From Sedimentisphaerales bacterium (GTDB lineage: Bacteria; Planctomycetota; Phycisphaerae; Sedimentisphaerales; SM23-30): a stretch of DNA of 64,000 nucleotides. The notes beneath the pieces were generated by a model that ran no database searches, was not told the origin of the DNA, and saw only the letters and a program-made list of their open reading frames with translations. Numbering within the stretch: the stretch's first letter is position 1; each line of letters begins with the position of its first letter. Shown here in pieces: positions 40,149-50,724 of the stretch. The DNA lies in NCBI GenBank assembly GCA_963666285.1, contig OY762711.1; one strand, given 5' to 3'. The position numbers were made by a program, and so were the translations under genes.

Positions 40149-41459
40149 ATGCCAATACAGATATTAGATACAACCAGTGAAGACTTTTGTGTAAACTGGC
40201 AGGCGTATAAAGTTAAATTCTCACTTGAAGGCGTTTTGCTGGAGCAGCAGGACAGACGCAAAGCAGTTCAGAGTATAATTGAACGAGTGATTACCGGTGG
40301 TGATCGGGCTATTGCTGAGATGACAGCTGAATTTGACGGGGTAGAGCTTGCGCCGGATAAATTCCGGGTAAGTGAAGCAGAACTGGAGAAGGCCCACAAA
40401 GAACTCGATCAGGAATTGCTGAAAGCATTGCGGGGAGCGATAGCTAATGTCAGGGAATATCAAAATGGAATAAAAGTATCAGCTCCGGCAGACTGGACAA
40501 GAGCAACCGGGGAACGGCTGGGAGTACGTTATACCCCACTGACCAGGATAGGAGCTTGTGTGCCGGGGGCATCTGCCCCACTGCCATCAACAGTAATCAT
40601 GTCTGTGGTACCTGCCCAGGCAGCGGGCGTCAAAGAAACAGCGGTAATAAGTGCACCGAGGTTTGAAGGTGATATACACCCGGTAATTAAGGGAGTATGT
40701 TTTGAACTGGGCGTGACGGATGTGTATAGAATTAGCGGCGCACAGGCAGTTGCAGCATTGGCATTGGGAACAGCCACAATCAGAAAAGTTGATAAGATAG
40801 TCGGGCCAAGTAATATATGGGGCCAACTGGCGAAAAAGGAGATGTTCGGGCTGGTAGATATAGACAGTTTTGCAGGGCCAAGCGATGTACTGGTACTGGC
40901 AGATAAAACCGCCAAAGCAGAATATGTTGCCGCAGATATGCTGAGCCAGGCGGAACACGCACCGGGCAGTGCTGTACTGATAACAGATTCCTCGGAACTG
41001 GCAGAAGCGGTATCAGCGGAACTGGCGAAACAGTTGAAACAACTGGGCCGGGCCGAGGCTACGAGAAGCTGTATCGAAGACGACAGTATAATCATAGTGG
41101 CAAAAGATATGGATGAATGTATTTCTCTGGCAAATGATTTTGCCGCGGAACATCTGCAAATCGAATGTGATAATGCAGATGAGATAGCCGGAAGAATCGA
41201 AAATGCCGGTGCGATATTCATCGGGCACTACTGCCCGGTGGCCTGCGGTGATTATTATGCCGGGCCAAGCCATACATTGCCGACCGGCGGCTCATCAAAG
41301 ATATTCGGCCCGCTGAACGTAAACGACTTTATCAAACAGTCGAGTATAATCAGCTATAGCAAGGCTGCATTATCCCAAGCGGCAGGCAATATTCAGAAGA
41401 TAGCGGATGTTGAAGGTCTGGACGCACATGCCAGAAGCGTCACAAGGCGACTAACTTAA
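40149..41459 (+). CDS. hisD: histidinol dehydrogenase
   Basis: GAQAVAALA, DSFAGPSD, LSQAEH, EHL and GDYYAGPSHTLPT. Confidence 0.96.
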   Translation: MPIQILDTTSEDFCVNWQAYKVKFSLEGVLLEQQDRRKAVQSIIERVITGGDRAIAEMTAEFDGVELAPDKFRVSEAELEKAHKELDQELLKALRGAIANVREYQNGIKVSAPADWTRATGERLGVRYTPLTRIGACVPGASAPLPSTVIMSVVPAQAAGVKETAVISAPRFEGDIHPVIKGVCFELGVTDVYRISGAQAVAALALGTATIRKVDKIVGPSNIWGQLAKKEMFGLVDIDSFAGPSDVLVLADKTAKAEYVAADMLSQAEHAPGSAVLITDSSELAEAVSAELAKQLKQLGRAEATRSCIEDDSIIIVAKDMDECISLANDFAAEHLQIECDNADEIAGRIENAGAIFIGHYCPVACGDYYAGPSHTLPTGGSSKIFGPLNVNDFIKQSSIISYSKAALSQAAGNIQKIADVEGLDAHARSVTRRLT

Positions 41460-41768
41460 CAGATACCTGCTGTGTCGGTCCAGTGTTTCTTTGATTTCCG
41501 GGTTGTCTGCCTGGAAAAGCGTAGATAGTTTTTTGCCGCAAAACGGGCAAAATTCAATCTTCTTCTGCATTTGCATCGGTAAAGAAATGCCAAGAGGTTT
41601 TGGGATAGATTTGATCTTAGCAAGAAATTCCTCGTTAAAATCGAAATCGCAGATTCTCGACTGAATATAATAGCATATTTCATTATTTTCCCTGGAAGCA
41701 ATAATAGAAAAGCCTTTTTTGCCGGCATTATCCAAGGCATGAAAAAACGGATCGCAACAGTACTTCAT
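41451..41768 (-). CDS. small hypothetical cysteine-containing protein
   Basis: YCC at the N-terminus and FCPFCGKKL; GGGGG RBS. Confidence 0.6.
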   Translation of the reverse strand: MKYCCDPFFHALDNAGKKGFSIIASRENNEICYYIQSRICDFDFNEEFLAKIKSIPKPLGISLPMQMQKKIEFCPFCGKKLSTLFQADNPEIKETLDRHSRYLLS

Positions 41769-41787
41769 ATAACAGCCCCCATAATAA

Positions 41788-42054
41788 TTATAATTTCATC
41801 TCATCAATAACCTTGTTATATCCCCTCTTCAAGAGCAGCTCGGTTATGTATGGATTGTCAGCATAATCCATAACACTCCAGGAGCGGGTATCGATATAAG
41901 TATCTTCAAAAGACAGATTCTGCTTTTTATAGAAGAACCAGTCATGTTCGGTAACAACAACTCCAAGAACAAGAATAGAAATAATAACAACCGAAATAAC
42001 AATGAAATCAGCCAGTAACAAATATCGAAAGATAGATTTTTTTTTCTTAGCCAT
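41788..42054 (-). CDS. small hypothetical membrane protein
   Basis: Basic N-terminus plus one TM helix; AAGGG RBS. Confidence 0.6.
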   Translation of the reverse strand: MAKKKKSIFRYLLLADFIVISVVIISILVLGVVVTEHDWFFYKKQNLSFEDTYIDTRSWSVMDYADNPYITELLLKRGYNKVIDEMKL

Positions 42055-42210
42055 TTAATATTCCCTTAATTTATAACTTTATAACCATTATCAGAGCAAA
42101 GAAAACAAAATTACCGAATAACAATTACATTCACTAGAGTTTATATATTAGTTGATATCCTAAGCAGCGTAGAAAGAAACTATACAACCTCACAAACTAT
42201 TCTATTCTAT

Positions 42211-42834
42211 TTAACGGGGTGTTAACCCATTAAAAACAAAATCAATCACAAAGCCGCTTTTATTTAATAAATCTTTATTATCTATATCTTCAAACCAGCT
42301 ATCCAGAAAAAAGTCAATGCAATAATCAATCTGTCCGGCAATAAATCCGGGTTCCAAATCATTTCGTATCACATTTGAATTAATCAATTTCTGGATAATA
42401 TCAATTAACTTAGTATTCATTTTTTCAATTAGCGGCCCTATAGCCTCAGTCCAAAGCTTGTTTTTCTTAAAACGATCACCCAAATGATCCCGCATGTAGA
42501 GCTGAAAGAATTTGCTATGCCTTTCAGTCAGGCCAAACCTTTCCTTAATGTATGCTTCAAGCTGCTGATATGGGTCATCATATGCCGAAATCTTGCCAAG
42601 CAGTTCCAGAACACATTTTTCGGCCCTGGAATAAAACATTGCCTGATATATCTCATCTTTACCGCCAAAGAAATTATATAATCCACCAACAGAAGACTCC
42701 GCCCGTGCGGCAATATCTTCCATTGTACATTCGTGAAAACCTTTTACGGCAAAGCAATGTTCGGCAGCCAGCAGTATCTCTTCGGCACGTCTCTGCTTTT
42801 CACGTTCTTTGCGATTTTTTCCATATGAAGCCAA
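42211..42834 (-). CDS. TetR/AcrR family regulator
   Basis: ILLAAEHCFAVKGF..TMEDIA...GGLYNFF..KDEI. Confidence 0.92.
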   Translation of the reverse strand: MASYGKNRKEREKQRRAEEILLAAEHCFAVKGFHECTMEDIAARAESSVGGLYNFFGGKDEIYQAMFYSRAEKCVLELLGKISAYDDPYQQLEAYIKERFGLTERHSKFFQLYMRDHLGDRFKKNKLWTEAIGPLIEKMNTKLIDIIQKLINSNVIRNDLEPGFIAGQIDYCIDFFLDSWFEDIDNKDLLNKSGFVIDFVFNGLTPR

Positions 42835-42983
42835 GTTTCACCTCTTTGAAGAAATGAGCCAATTATTTGTCTGCCAGACAGTTACATTAAAACAAGACAA
42901 AGCGTCAGATGCCAGAGTAAGATTTGGCCCTATAATGCCATAAATATAATAGTTTACAGCGAGTTAAACAGAAACTCATAGAA

Positions 42984-43026
42984 TGAACTCAGATTCACAT
43001 TATAAAGTGGAGTTCAAAAAACGCAA
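42984..43026 (-). promoter_or_regulatory. TetR gene promoter with overlapping operator
   Basis: Minus-strand TTGCGT-16-TATAAT; near-palindrome TGAACTCAGATTCA (42984-42997) just downstream of the -10. Confidence 0.5.
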
Positions 43027-43305
43027 AGAGATTATTAAAATAATTTATAATACTTTAAGCTACAGAAAGTTACAAAAAACAAAATGCTTGCTAAAACAAG
43101 ACGAATATGCTAAAAAGAGTCTATATGCATTCATAAGATGTCCCGCAAATTGAAGAAAAGGCAATAATATGAAGAGCTAACTGGAGAAATATACAACTAA
43201 GAATAGACGAAGTTTATTCTTTATTAGTTCTGGAAAATCATACCCCAGAACAATAACCATAATCCACTACAGTTGTAATCGTTATAACACACCGGAGAAT
43301 AAGTA

Positions 43306-45672
43306 ATGACCATTATTAAACAGTTATTCGCTCTCTTACTGGTAATAACTATCCTGCCAACAGCATATTGTGCAGACCCCCAACCCGTCGAAGCTAAAAA
43401 AGAAGAAGCAATTAAAGCCAGCTGCTATTATCCAGACCTTGAACCTAAACAGCTATTCCAGATGCTATCAGAGACATATCATGTCCAATTTGACGGCATA
43501 GAGCTGGTTTCCGGCCAGGTTACCCTGATAAGCAGAGAAAAAGTAGATGTAAACGGGATGATCACCCTGCTGAATGAAGTTCTCATAAAACAGAACCGGA
43601 AGGCTAATTTAAACGGTCAGATAATCCAAATTACTCCGATCCAGGATATAGATAAAATCATAAAACTTAATAACCTGGAGCCGGCGCAAACAGTTGAAAT
43701 ACTAAAAAAACGATTTATGGGCGATACCAAGGACGGTGACAGCAAAAACAAGCAGCCCAGTATGATTGAGCCACATCCAAATGGTGACTCTATTATTGTT
43801 CGCGGACCGGAGAAAGTAATAGCAGAAATCGAAAAATATCTGACAGAAATTGACATACCTTCCAACCAGCCCAAAGATCCGCAGAAAGACCCTGTAATAA
43901 TAACACAAAAAACTGACAGTGACGGTAACACAGAAACAACTGTAAAAATGTCAGAAATCGTTATACGCAGTATTGATCTAAAAAACGCAGTCACTGATGA
44001 AATGATCAATTATTTGAAAGAAGTATACCTCGCAGCGGAAAATGCCAGTCTGGAAGAAAAAGCAAGAAAAGTATATAAGATACACAAGCATCCAACGCAG
44101 AGAAAAATCGTAATAGAAGGTCCATCGACAGTTATCGATGAAATTGAGCAGGTTGTAAAAAACGAGTTAGACATCGCACCGCCGGGACCGCCAATAATAC
44201 AGAAATATATTAATCTGGACTACATAAGCGTGGAATATTTTCAAAAGCTAATGGAGAATAATCCAAGTCTGAAAGATAAATATCAATACCGAGAAGAACA
44301 GAATAATGTTATAGTAGTTGAAACAGAAGATGAAAAGATCTTCCCAATAATAGAAGATTTGAAAAATAAATTTGATATTGATAAAAAAGAACTCAGATAT
44401 ATTCCGCTGGCATATGCGAAGGCTGACGATATAACAAATATGCTGAAACAGATCTACGAGCAGGCAAAGCAGGAAACACCAAAAGAACTACAGCAGGCAG
44501 AAGCGGAAGCCGGCAGCGAAGACGATATAACAGCCGAAAAGATTAAAGCATCATTAAGTAAATCAGGCATAGATGACGCATCCCTGGCAGACCGATTGAG
44601 CCAGTCATTGAGCCTGGTAAGCACTTCTGAATACACCATTGTATCAGATAAAACCAGAAACGGTTTGCTCATATATACATTTTCCAGAAATTTCCCTAAG
44701 ATCCTCCAGATGATCGGTAAACTTGATATACCGGAAAAAATGGTTTATATCGAAGTATTTATTACCCAGGTAAACAAGAGCAAAGGCCTGGAGCATGGCG
44801 TAAAGATAAACTATGCTGATGATTTTATCATGAGAGGAGATAATACGCCATTTACCCTGGGCCAGGATTTTACTAAATTCTCAGACATAAACGGCTTGAG
44901 CTATGAACTTCTGGACCAGGATTTCAAGTTATACCTGAGAGCAATGGAAACAGCCGGAAATGTTGATGTTATATCCAGACCTCACCTGGTAACAAAAAAC
45001 AATGTTGAAGGAAAAATCACCCTTGGCAACAAGGTTCCCCAACTGGAGAAAATAATAACAAACGCATACGGCGTAACACAGGGTACGGTATCCTATACAG
45101 ATATTTCTACCGAACTTAAGGTTACCCCGCAAATCCATCCGGATAATTTTATATCAATGAAAATCACCCAGACAGTTGATGATATCAGTACTGAAACATT
45201 CCAGATATCATCAGATTTTAACCCACAGATTTTTAATAAGCGAGAAGCAAACGTAGAGCTGAGAATAAAAGACGGCCAGACCGTCTGCCTGGCAGGATTC
45301 ACCGGCGACAAGCAAACAGAATCAGAAGAAAAGATTCCACTGCTTGGCAGCATTCCGCTACTAGGCAACCTATTCAAATACAGAGAATCAAAACGGGAAA
45401 AGGTAGAAATGATCATTTTCCTGACACCTCATATCCTGGAAACCCCGGAGCATTCGCTAAGAATGACAAATGAGCAAAGAGAAAGGTCAATTGCCGAACA
45501 CAGGGAAGATGACATGATGAAAACCCTGGAAGTGAAAGATTCGCTTGTTCTGCCAAAATATTCAGATGAAGCGGAAACTCTGAAAAAAGTTATGAAATCA
45601 GCTGAGCTTGAAGAGCAAAATCAGGCTACTGAACCAAAGAAAAAGAAACGCCCCATAATTAAAAGACGCTAA
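43306..45672 (+). CDS. secretin (GspD/PilQ superfamily)
   Basis: Signal peptide, repeated Secretin_N-like domains, LKVTPQI, KIPLLGSIPLLGNLF and IFLTPHI. Confidence 0.88.
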   Translation: MTIIKQLFALLLVITILPTAYCADPQPVEAKKEEAIKASCYYPDLEPKQLFQMLSETYHVQFDGIELVSGQVTLISREKVDVNGMITLLNEVLIKQNRKANLNGQIIQITPIQDIDKIIKLNNLEPAQTVEILKKRFMGDTKDGDSKNKQPSMIEPHPNGDSIIVRGPEKVIAEIEKYLTEIDIPSNQPKDPQKDPVIITQKTDSDGNTETTVKMSEIVIRSIDLKNAVTDEMINYLKEVYLAAENASLEEKARKVYKIHKHPTQRKIVIEGPSTVIDEIEQVVKNELDIAPPGPPIIQKYINLDYISVEYFQKLMENNPSLKDKYQYREEQNNVIVVETEDEKIFPIIEDLKNKFDIDKKELRYIPLAYAKADDITNMLKQIYEQAKQETPKELQQAEAEAGSEDDITAEKIKASLSKSGIDDASLADRLSQSLSLVSTSEYTIVSDKTRNGLLIYTFSRNFPKILQMIGKLDIPEKMVYIEVFITQVNKSKGLEHGVKINYADDFIMRGDNTPFTLGQDFTKFSDINGLSYELLDQDFKLYLRAMETAGNVDVISRPHLVTKNNVEGKITLGNKVPQLEKIITNAYGVTQGTVSYTDISTELKVTPQIHPDNFISMKITQTVDDISTETFQISSDFNPQIFNKREANVELRIKDGQTVCLAGFTGDKQTESEEKIPLLGSIPLLGNLFKYRESKREKVEMIIFLTPHILETPEHSLRMTNEQRERSIAEHREDDMMKTLEVKDSLVLPKYSDEAETLKKVMKSAELEEQNQATEPKKKKRPIIKRR

Positions 45673-45727
45673 CGCGTAACGCTTATGCGTTTTAATTGCG
45701 GCATGAAGTTGCCGGTAGAAATAGAAA

Positions 45728-46690
45728 ATGCTCCATCGAATGAATAAGAAAGCTAGTAAGAGCAAAGGACGCACAGCGAGCTGGCTGACATCTATAATAC
45801 TGCATATTCTTATTTTGGCCGTTTTGCTGATATCAACAAACCCTGAGATAAGAAATAAAATCAGTGATGCCCCGGTAAAAATAATTAATAACTATAATGC
45901 AAGTAACCTGCTTGAAGAAGTAAAAAGCGAAGAACTTACCGGAATACAAGTAAACCCGGTAAATATCAGCCAGCAGCCGATAGCCTTAGCAGCCAGCCCG
46001 GAAATATTTCTACCTGAAGCACTAACTGTAAAAAGCAAAAGCACTTCTTCAGACAAAATCGTCGTTAGAACATCCAAAGGATACCAAAGCTCATTTTTCG
46101 GCACTTCCGGCGAGGGTGAGCGAATATGCTACCTGGTAGATATATCCGGCAGTATGGTAATGGCAATAGAATATATAAAAAAAGAGCTGATAAATTCCAT
46201 CTCGCGATTAGAGCCAGACCAGTATTTTCAAATTGTCTTTTTTGCCGGAGAACAGCCAATAGTATTTTCGCGATCCAAACTTACAAGAGCTTCATATTTC
46301 GATCGGCAGGAAGCCATAGATTTTATCAAAAAGATTGATATCCAGTCAGTACCACCTGGAATAGAAAGCTGGCGTCCGGTAGCAGCGGCACTTCGATCCG
46401 GTTTTGAGTCACAAAGTAAGGATTTTCAGTACGCAAATCTATTTTACCTTTTTACCGATGGAGATTTTGATATCAATATAACAAAATCGATCCTTGATAA
46501 TCTGCAGCAAAGAAAAAGCACCCCTGCTGTAATCAATATCCTGCAATGCGGCAGTCATAAAAATGATTTATTCCTGAAGAACCTGTCAAACAAGTATAAA
46601 GGGCAATATAATTATCTTACAGACGAGGACCTTGTCAGGCTGCCGGCAGAAAGCAATTTGCCGGGATATTCCCGGAAATATCTCAACTGA
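45728..46690 (+). CDS. membrane-anchored vWA-domain protein
   Basis: SIILHILIL TM helix; DISGSM MIDAS motif and LFTDG. Confidence 0.8.
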   Translation: MLHRMNKKASKSKGRTASWLTSIILHILILAVLLISTNPEIRNKISDAPVKIINNYNASNLLEEVKSEELTGIQVNPVNISQQPIALAASPEIFLPEALTVKSKSTSSDKIVVRTSKGYQSSFFGTSGEGERICYLVDISGSMVMAIEYIKKELINSISRLEPDQYFQIVFFAGEQPIVFSRSKLTRASYFDRQEAIDFIKKIDIQSVPPGIESWRPVAAALRSGFESQSKDFQYANLFYLFTDGDFDINITKSILDNLQQRKSTPAVINILQCGSHKNDLFLKNLSNKYKGQYNYLTDEDLVRLPAESNLPGYSRKYLN

Positions 46691-46781
46691 GCTTAATATT
46701 CCTAAACTAAACCAATAGCCAGTTAAAAGTATTATTAAACACGGATTGCCGCAAAGCGTGTACGATTTAACTTTGAGTCAT

Positions 46782-47901
46782 TTATTTATGTGCTCTGCTG
46801 ACCTTTTCCCTCAGATAAGCGGCTATAAATCCTTCCAAATCACCGTCGAGTACAGACTGCGGATTACCAACCTGAAAATCAGTACGATGATCTTTGACCA
46901 TTTGGTAAGGCTGCATTACATAACTTCTAATCTGGTTGCCCCATGCAATTTCACCCTTATCACCATACATCTTGGCCATTTCATCATCACGTTTCTGCTG
47001 TTCCAGACGTTCGAGCTTGGCTTTCAACAGCGCAAAGGCCAGCTGACGGTTCATATGCTGACTTCTTTCTGTAACACAATCTACCACAATACCGGTAGGT
47101 TTATGCAGCAGCCTGACGGCAGAAGCAACCTTGTTAACATTCTGACCACCGGCACCACTGGCTTTACAATAAAGTTTCATCTCAACTTCATTTTCATCAA
47201 TGTCAACATCTCCTTCACCTTCGAAGTCAGGAAGAACATCGACAGCAACAAAACTGGTATGCCGCCTTTTAGCTGAGTCGAACGGGCTGATTCGGACAAG
47301 ACGATGGACACCTGTTTCACAGGACAGATACCCAAATGCATAGCTGCCTTTGACCCTTAAGGTAACAGAGCGAATACCGGCCTCTTCGCCAGGAGTCATA
47401 TCAACTTCTTCATATGAATACCCAACACGCTCAAAATAACGGGTGTACATCCTTAGAAGCATACTGGCCCAGTCACAGGATTCCGTTCCACCGGCTCCGG
47501 CATGAATACTGAAAAAACAGTCTTTTTCATCGTTTTTACCAGTAAGTAAAGACGCCAGCTCCACCTTATCTACTTTATCAGAAATCCCAGATAATAGCTC
47601 GGCAACTTCGGTTTGAGTCTGCTGATCCTTTTCCTCTTCAGCCATTGACCAAAGCAACTGGGCTTCCGCAATTTCATCAGCACAGGAATTAACCGGGTCA
47701 ATGAGCGATTTCAGGCTTTTTAACTGAGCAACAGTCTTTTGGGCCGCTTCCTGATCATTCCAGAAGCCGGGAGCAGCCATTTTTTCTTCAAGTATTTGTT
47801 TTTGTTTTATTTTTTCGGGCAAGTCAAAGAGAGTCACGAATTTTTGTTATTCGTGCCTCCAGCTCGTTTAAAGTTGGAACTATATCTTCAAAGTTGATCA
47901 T
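46782..47901 (-). CDS. prfB: peptide chain release factor 2 with programmed +1 frameshift (CTT TGA C at 47829-47823)
   Basis: 25-codon leader from ATG 47901 ends in CTT-TGA-C; SPF and GGQ motifs in the +1 frame. Confidence 0.97.
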
Positions 47902-48213
47902 AAAAACCTCAATATATCCTGGTTATTTGAAATTATTACACTAAACATGTGTATTGTTTGTTCTAAAGAGATAAGTTATAAAAGAAAATAACACCTTTCA
48001 TATCTCAATTACATACGTATCGAATGCGGGGACAATTAAAATATAATTCACAATATATAAAAGTACTCGCAAAAAAAAATATTTCATGCTAAATTATACA
48101 AATTCAGTATCAGGTTGCAAATTACTTACAACTTGACATAAACAGAGTAATAAGTTAAGGTTATAATATTAAATAAAAATAGAAATATTGTAAAGAGAAA
48201 CAGTAATAAACAT

Positions 48214-49446
48214 TTGGAGATCGTAATGAAAATTTACTGCAGCAAAATATGTCATATTTTCTTAGTACTTGCTATTTCAGCACTTATAACAGGAACAGCC
48301 TTTTCCCAGAGCAGTACTGCCGTTAAATTATCTGAAATAGAACAAATCCGCAATCTTACACTTTTGCAGCAGGAAAATATGGACCGGCTGAAAAGCTATG
48401 TTGAAAACGAATTCCAGGAAATGTTTGAAGCCAGGGATCCATCAGATAAAGCCCAGGGTTTACTGAAAATAGCCAAAAGCAATTCCCGCCAGGAAGAAGT
48501 CAGGCAAACTTATTCTGACACTTACACTCTGGCAGTACTGGAAGCGGCAAAAAAAGTACAGGCCCAAAGTCTTAGCAATGGAGATAAAAACTTATTCCTG
48601 CAAACAGTAATAGTAATTGCAGGTGCTGATAATAAACTCTCAATACCAACTCTGTTAGAACTGATAAAGAGCGATATTCCTGAAGTAAAATACTGGGCAA
48701 TCTCTGGTTTCGGAACAAAAGATATATCGAAGTATTTTCTCTCAGACGAGGGTAAAAGTGATTTTAATAATGTTATTTCTGCATTGAACGGGTTGCTGGA
48801 AAATGAAGATTCTCCGAATGTAATAGGCAACATAGCAAATATTGCTGTTCTGACTACTGATGAAGGAATAGAGCTTCTTGACAGCTGCGTGAAAAAACGG
48901 GCAAAGCAATACCAGGCATGGAAAAATGTTGGTAATGAAATGATTGACTACCAGATGTTCCAGAAGGCAATATCTGTTGTAAGAAGCGGGGTTCATAGAG
49001 ACTTCAAACGCAGAGAAACAAAATTGATGCACATAGCAAGTGAAATATACTGGCTTGCGTGGCAAAGATACATGCTTGGCAATTCAGTTAAACAGGAAGG
49101 TTCAGACGCAGAAATATCAATCCTGGAAAACTCCAAGAGCCAGAACAATTTACTGACAATCCTTGTCGAAGGTGAAAAGCAGCTGCTTACTATCGCGGCA
49201 GATCCCGGCGATCAAACAGATTACAGGATGACAAGCAACTATTTAATGAACAATAGCTGGGCTGTGTTAAACAGAAGAGTGGAAAAGCTGGTAGGCAAAA
49301 CCGGAATGGTACAAAATAAATTCGATATATACGGATCAAAAACAGAAATAGACCTGGCAACCGTGGAAGCCCCTCCAGCCGAGCTTGTCGAGAATGCAAA
49401 GAATTATGCCAAGGTAAGAAACAGTCTTATCCAGGCAGAATACTAA
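48214..49446 (+). CDS. secreted hypothetical protein with HEAT-like helices
   Basis: Signal peptide; IPTLLELIKSDIPEVKYWAI. Confidence 0.6.
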   Translation: MEIVMKIYCSKICHIFLVLAISALITGTAFSQSSTAVKLSEIEQIRNLTLLQQENMDRLKSYVENEFQEMFEARDPSDKAQGLLKIAKSNSRQEEVRQTYSDTYTLAVLEAAKKVQAQSLSNGDKNLFLQTVIVIAGADNKLSIPTLLELIKSDIPEVKYWAISGFGTKDISKYFLSDEGKSDFNNVISALNGLLENEDSPNVIGNIANIAVLTTDEGIELLDSCVKKRAKQYQAWKNVGNEMIDYQMFQKAISVVRSGVHRDFKRRETKLMHIASEIYWLAWQRYMLGNSVKQEGSDAEISILENSKSQNNLLTILVEGEKQLLTIAADPGDQTDYRMTSNYLMNNSWAVLNRRVEKLVGKTGMVQNKFDIYGSKTEIDLATVEAPPAELVENAKNYAKVRNSLIQAEY

Positions 49447-49737
49447 TACCGATTTCAGAACTAAAATATTATGCCCTAGAAGCTTTCAATTAGAATGTAT
49501 TAAAGAAATACAATCTAATTTGATTATTAGACGCATTTCAAAGCCACCCGGCTAAACATTTTAGTAATATTTAAGTATATACTTAACCCTATAATTATAT
49601 TTGCCGATTGTAAGTATAATACTTGCAGAAAATTACAACTTGAAAACAGGAGTATATCCGGGTAACTGCCGTGTAATAATCTATACAAGGCACAAAAAAA
49701 ACACAAACATCTGTAAATTAAAGGGCTAGAGTTTAAG

Positions 49738-50706
49738 TTGCAAAAAAAAATTACAATATTATTTCCCTGTGTTGGCAGAAGAGTAAGTTTGCTGGAAAGT
49801 TTCAGAAGGTCAGCCGGCGAACTTGGCATAGAATGTGAAATAGTAGGAACCGACATCGACAACAATTCCCCAGCCCTCCAATTATGTGACAAAATGCACA
49901 TAGTAGGCCGTATTGACAGTAAGGACTATTTCGGGGACAGCCTAAAGATAATAAAAAAATATGATGTTGATCTGGTCGTACCAACTATTGACCCTGACCT
50001 AAACGTTTGGGCCAATCATGTCGAAAAACTCCAGGAATTTAACTGCAAAGTTTTAATATCATCTCCGGAAGTTATATCTGTTTGCCAGGATAAAAGGCTG
50101 ACAAATAAATTTCTGACCTCAAACGGATTTGACACTCCTGCAATATTTGATATCGAAGAATTGCTAAGCGGTAATGACTCTCAATATCCCTACTTCCTAA
50201 AACCTTGGAATGGTTCAGCTGCCCGTGGGAATCAAGTAGTAAAAAACCGTGAAGAGCTTGAATTCTTTTCTAAAAGAATACCTAATTGTATAGCCCAGGA
50301 ATACGTTAAAGGTGTAGAATACACAATTGACAGTTTCATCGACATAAAAGGGAAAATAAGATGTACCGTCCCCAGAAAACGAATAGAAGTTCGGGGAGGA
50401 GAAGTAGTAAAAGCAGTAACAGAAAAGAACCTTAACCTGATAGAACAAACAGATAATATGCTATCGCAACTAGGTGCAGGTTTTGGCGTAATAACAACTC
50501 AATGCTATCTAAACAAGGAAAACCAGGTCAAGTTTATAGAAATTAATCCAAGATTTGGCGGAGGTGTACCATTATCAATAAAAGCAGGTGCCGCCTTCCC
50601 AAAATGGATAATTGAGATGACTTTCGGGATGAAATCTTCAATAACAAATGAGATGTGGCGTGATAATCTATATATGTTAAGATATGATGCAGAAGTGTGG
50701 AAATAA
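49738..50706 (+). CDS. ATP-grasp protein (carbamoyl-phosphate-synthase-like family found in polysaccharide loci)
   Basis: GRRVSL, PTIDPDL, KPWNGSA and FIEINPRFGGG. Confidence 0.85.
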   Translation: MQKKITILFPCVGRRVSLLESFRRSAGELGIECEIVGTDIDNNSPALQLCDKMHIVGRIDSKDYFGDSLKIIKKYDVDLVVPTIDPDLNVWANHVEKLQEFNCKVLISSPEVISVCQDKRLTNKFLTSNGFDTPAIFDIEELLSGNDSQYPYFLKPWNGSAARGNQVVKNREELEFFSKRIPNCIAQEYVKGVEYTIDSFIDIKGKIRCTVPRKRIEVRGGEVVKAVTEKNLNLIEQTDNMLSQLGAGFGVITTQCYLNKENQVKFIEINPRFGGGVPLSIKAGAAFPKWIIEMTFGMKSSITNEMWRDNLYMLRYDAEVWK

Positions 50707-50724
50707 CTCACTCAAGGATTTTAT

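Noticed and set aside
40529..41221. Long antisense ORFs (e.g. 40529-41221, 51006-51647, 22382-22933, 8824-9276, 27755-28042)
   Set aside because: Shadow frames opposite well-supported genes, with no motifs or RBS.
47826..47837. GTG start for prfB given by the ORF track
   Set aside because: Artefact of the programmed frameshift; the real start is ATG 47901.
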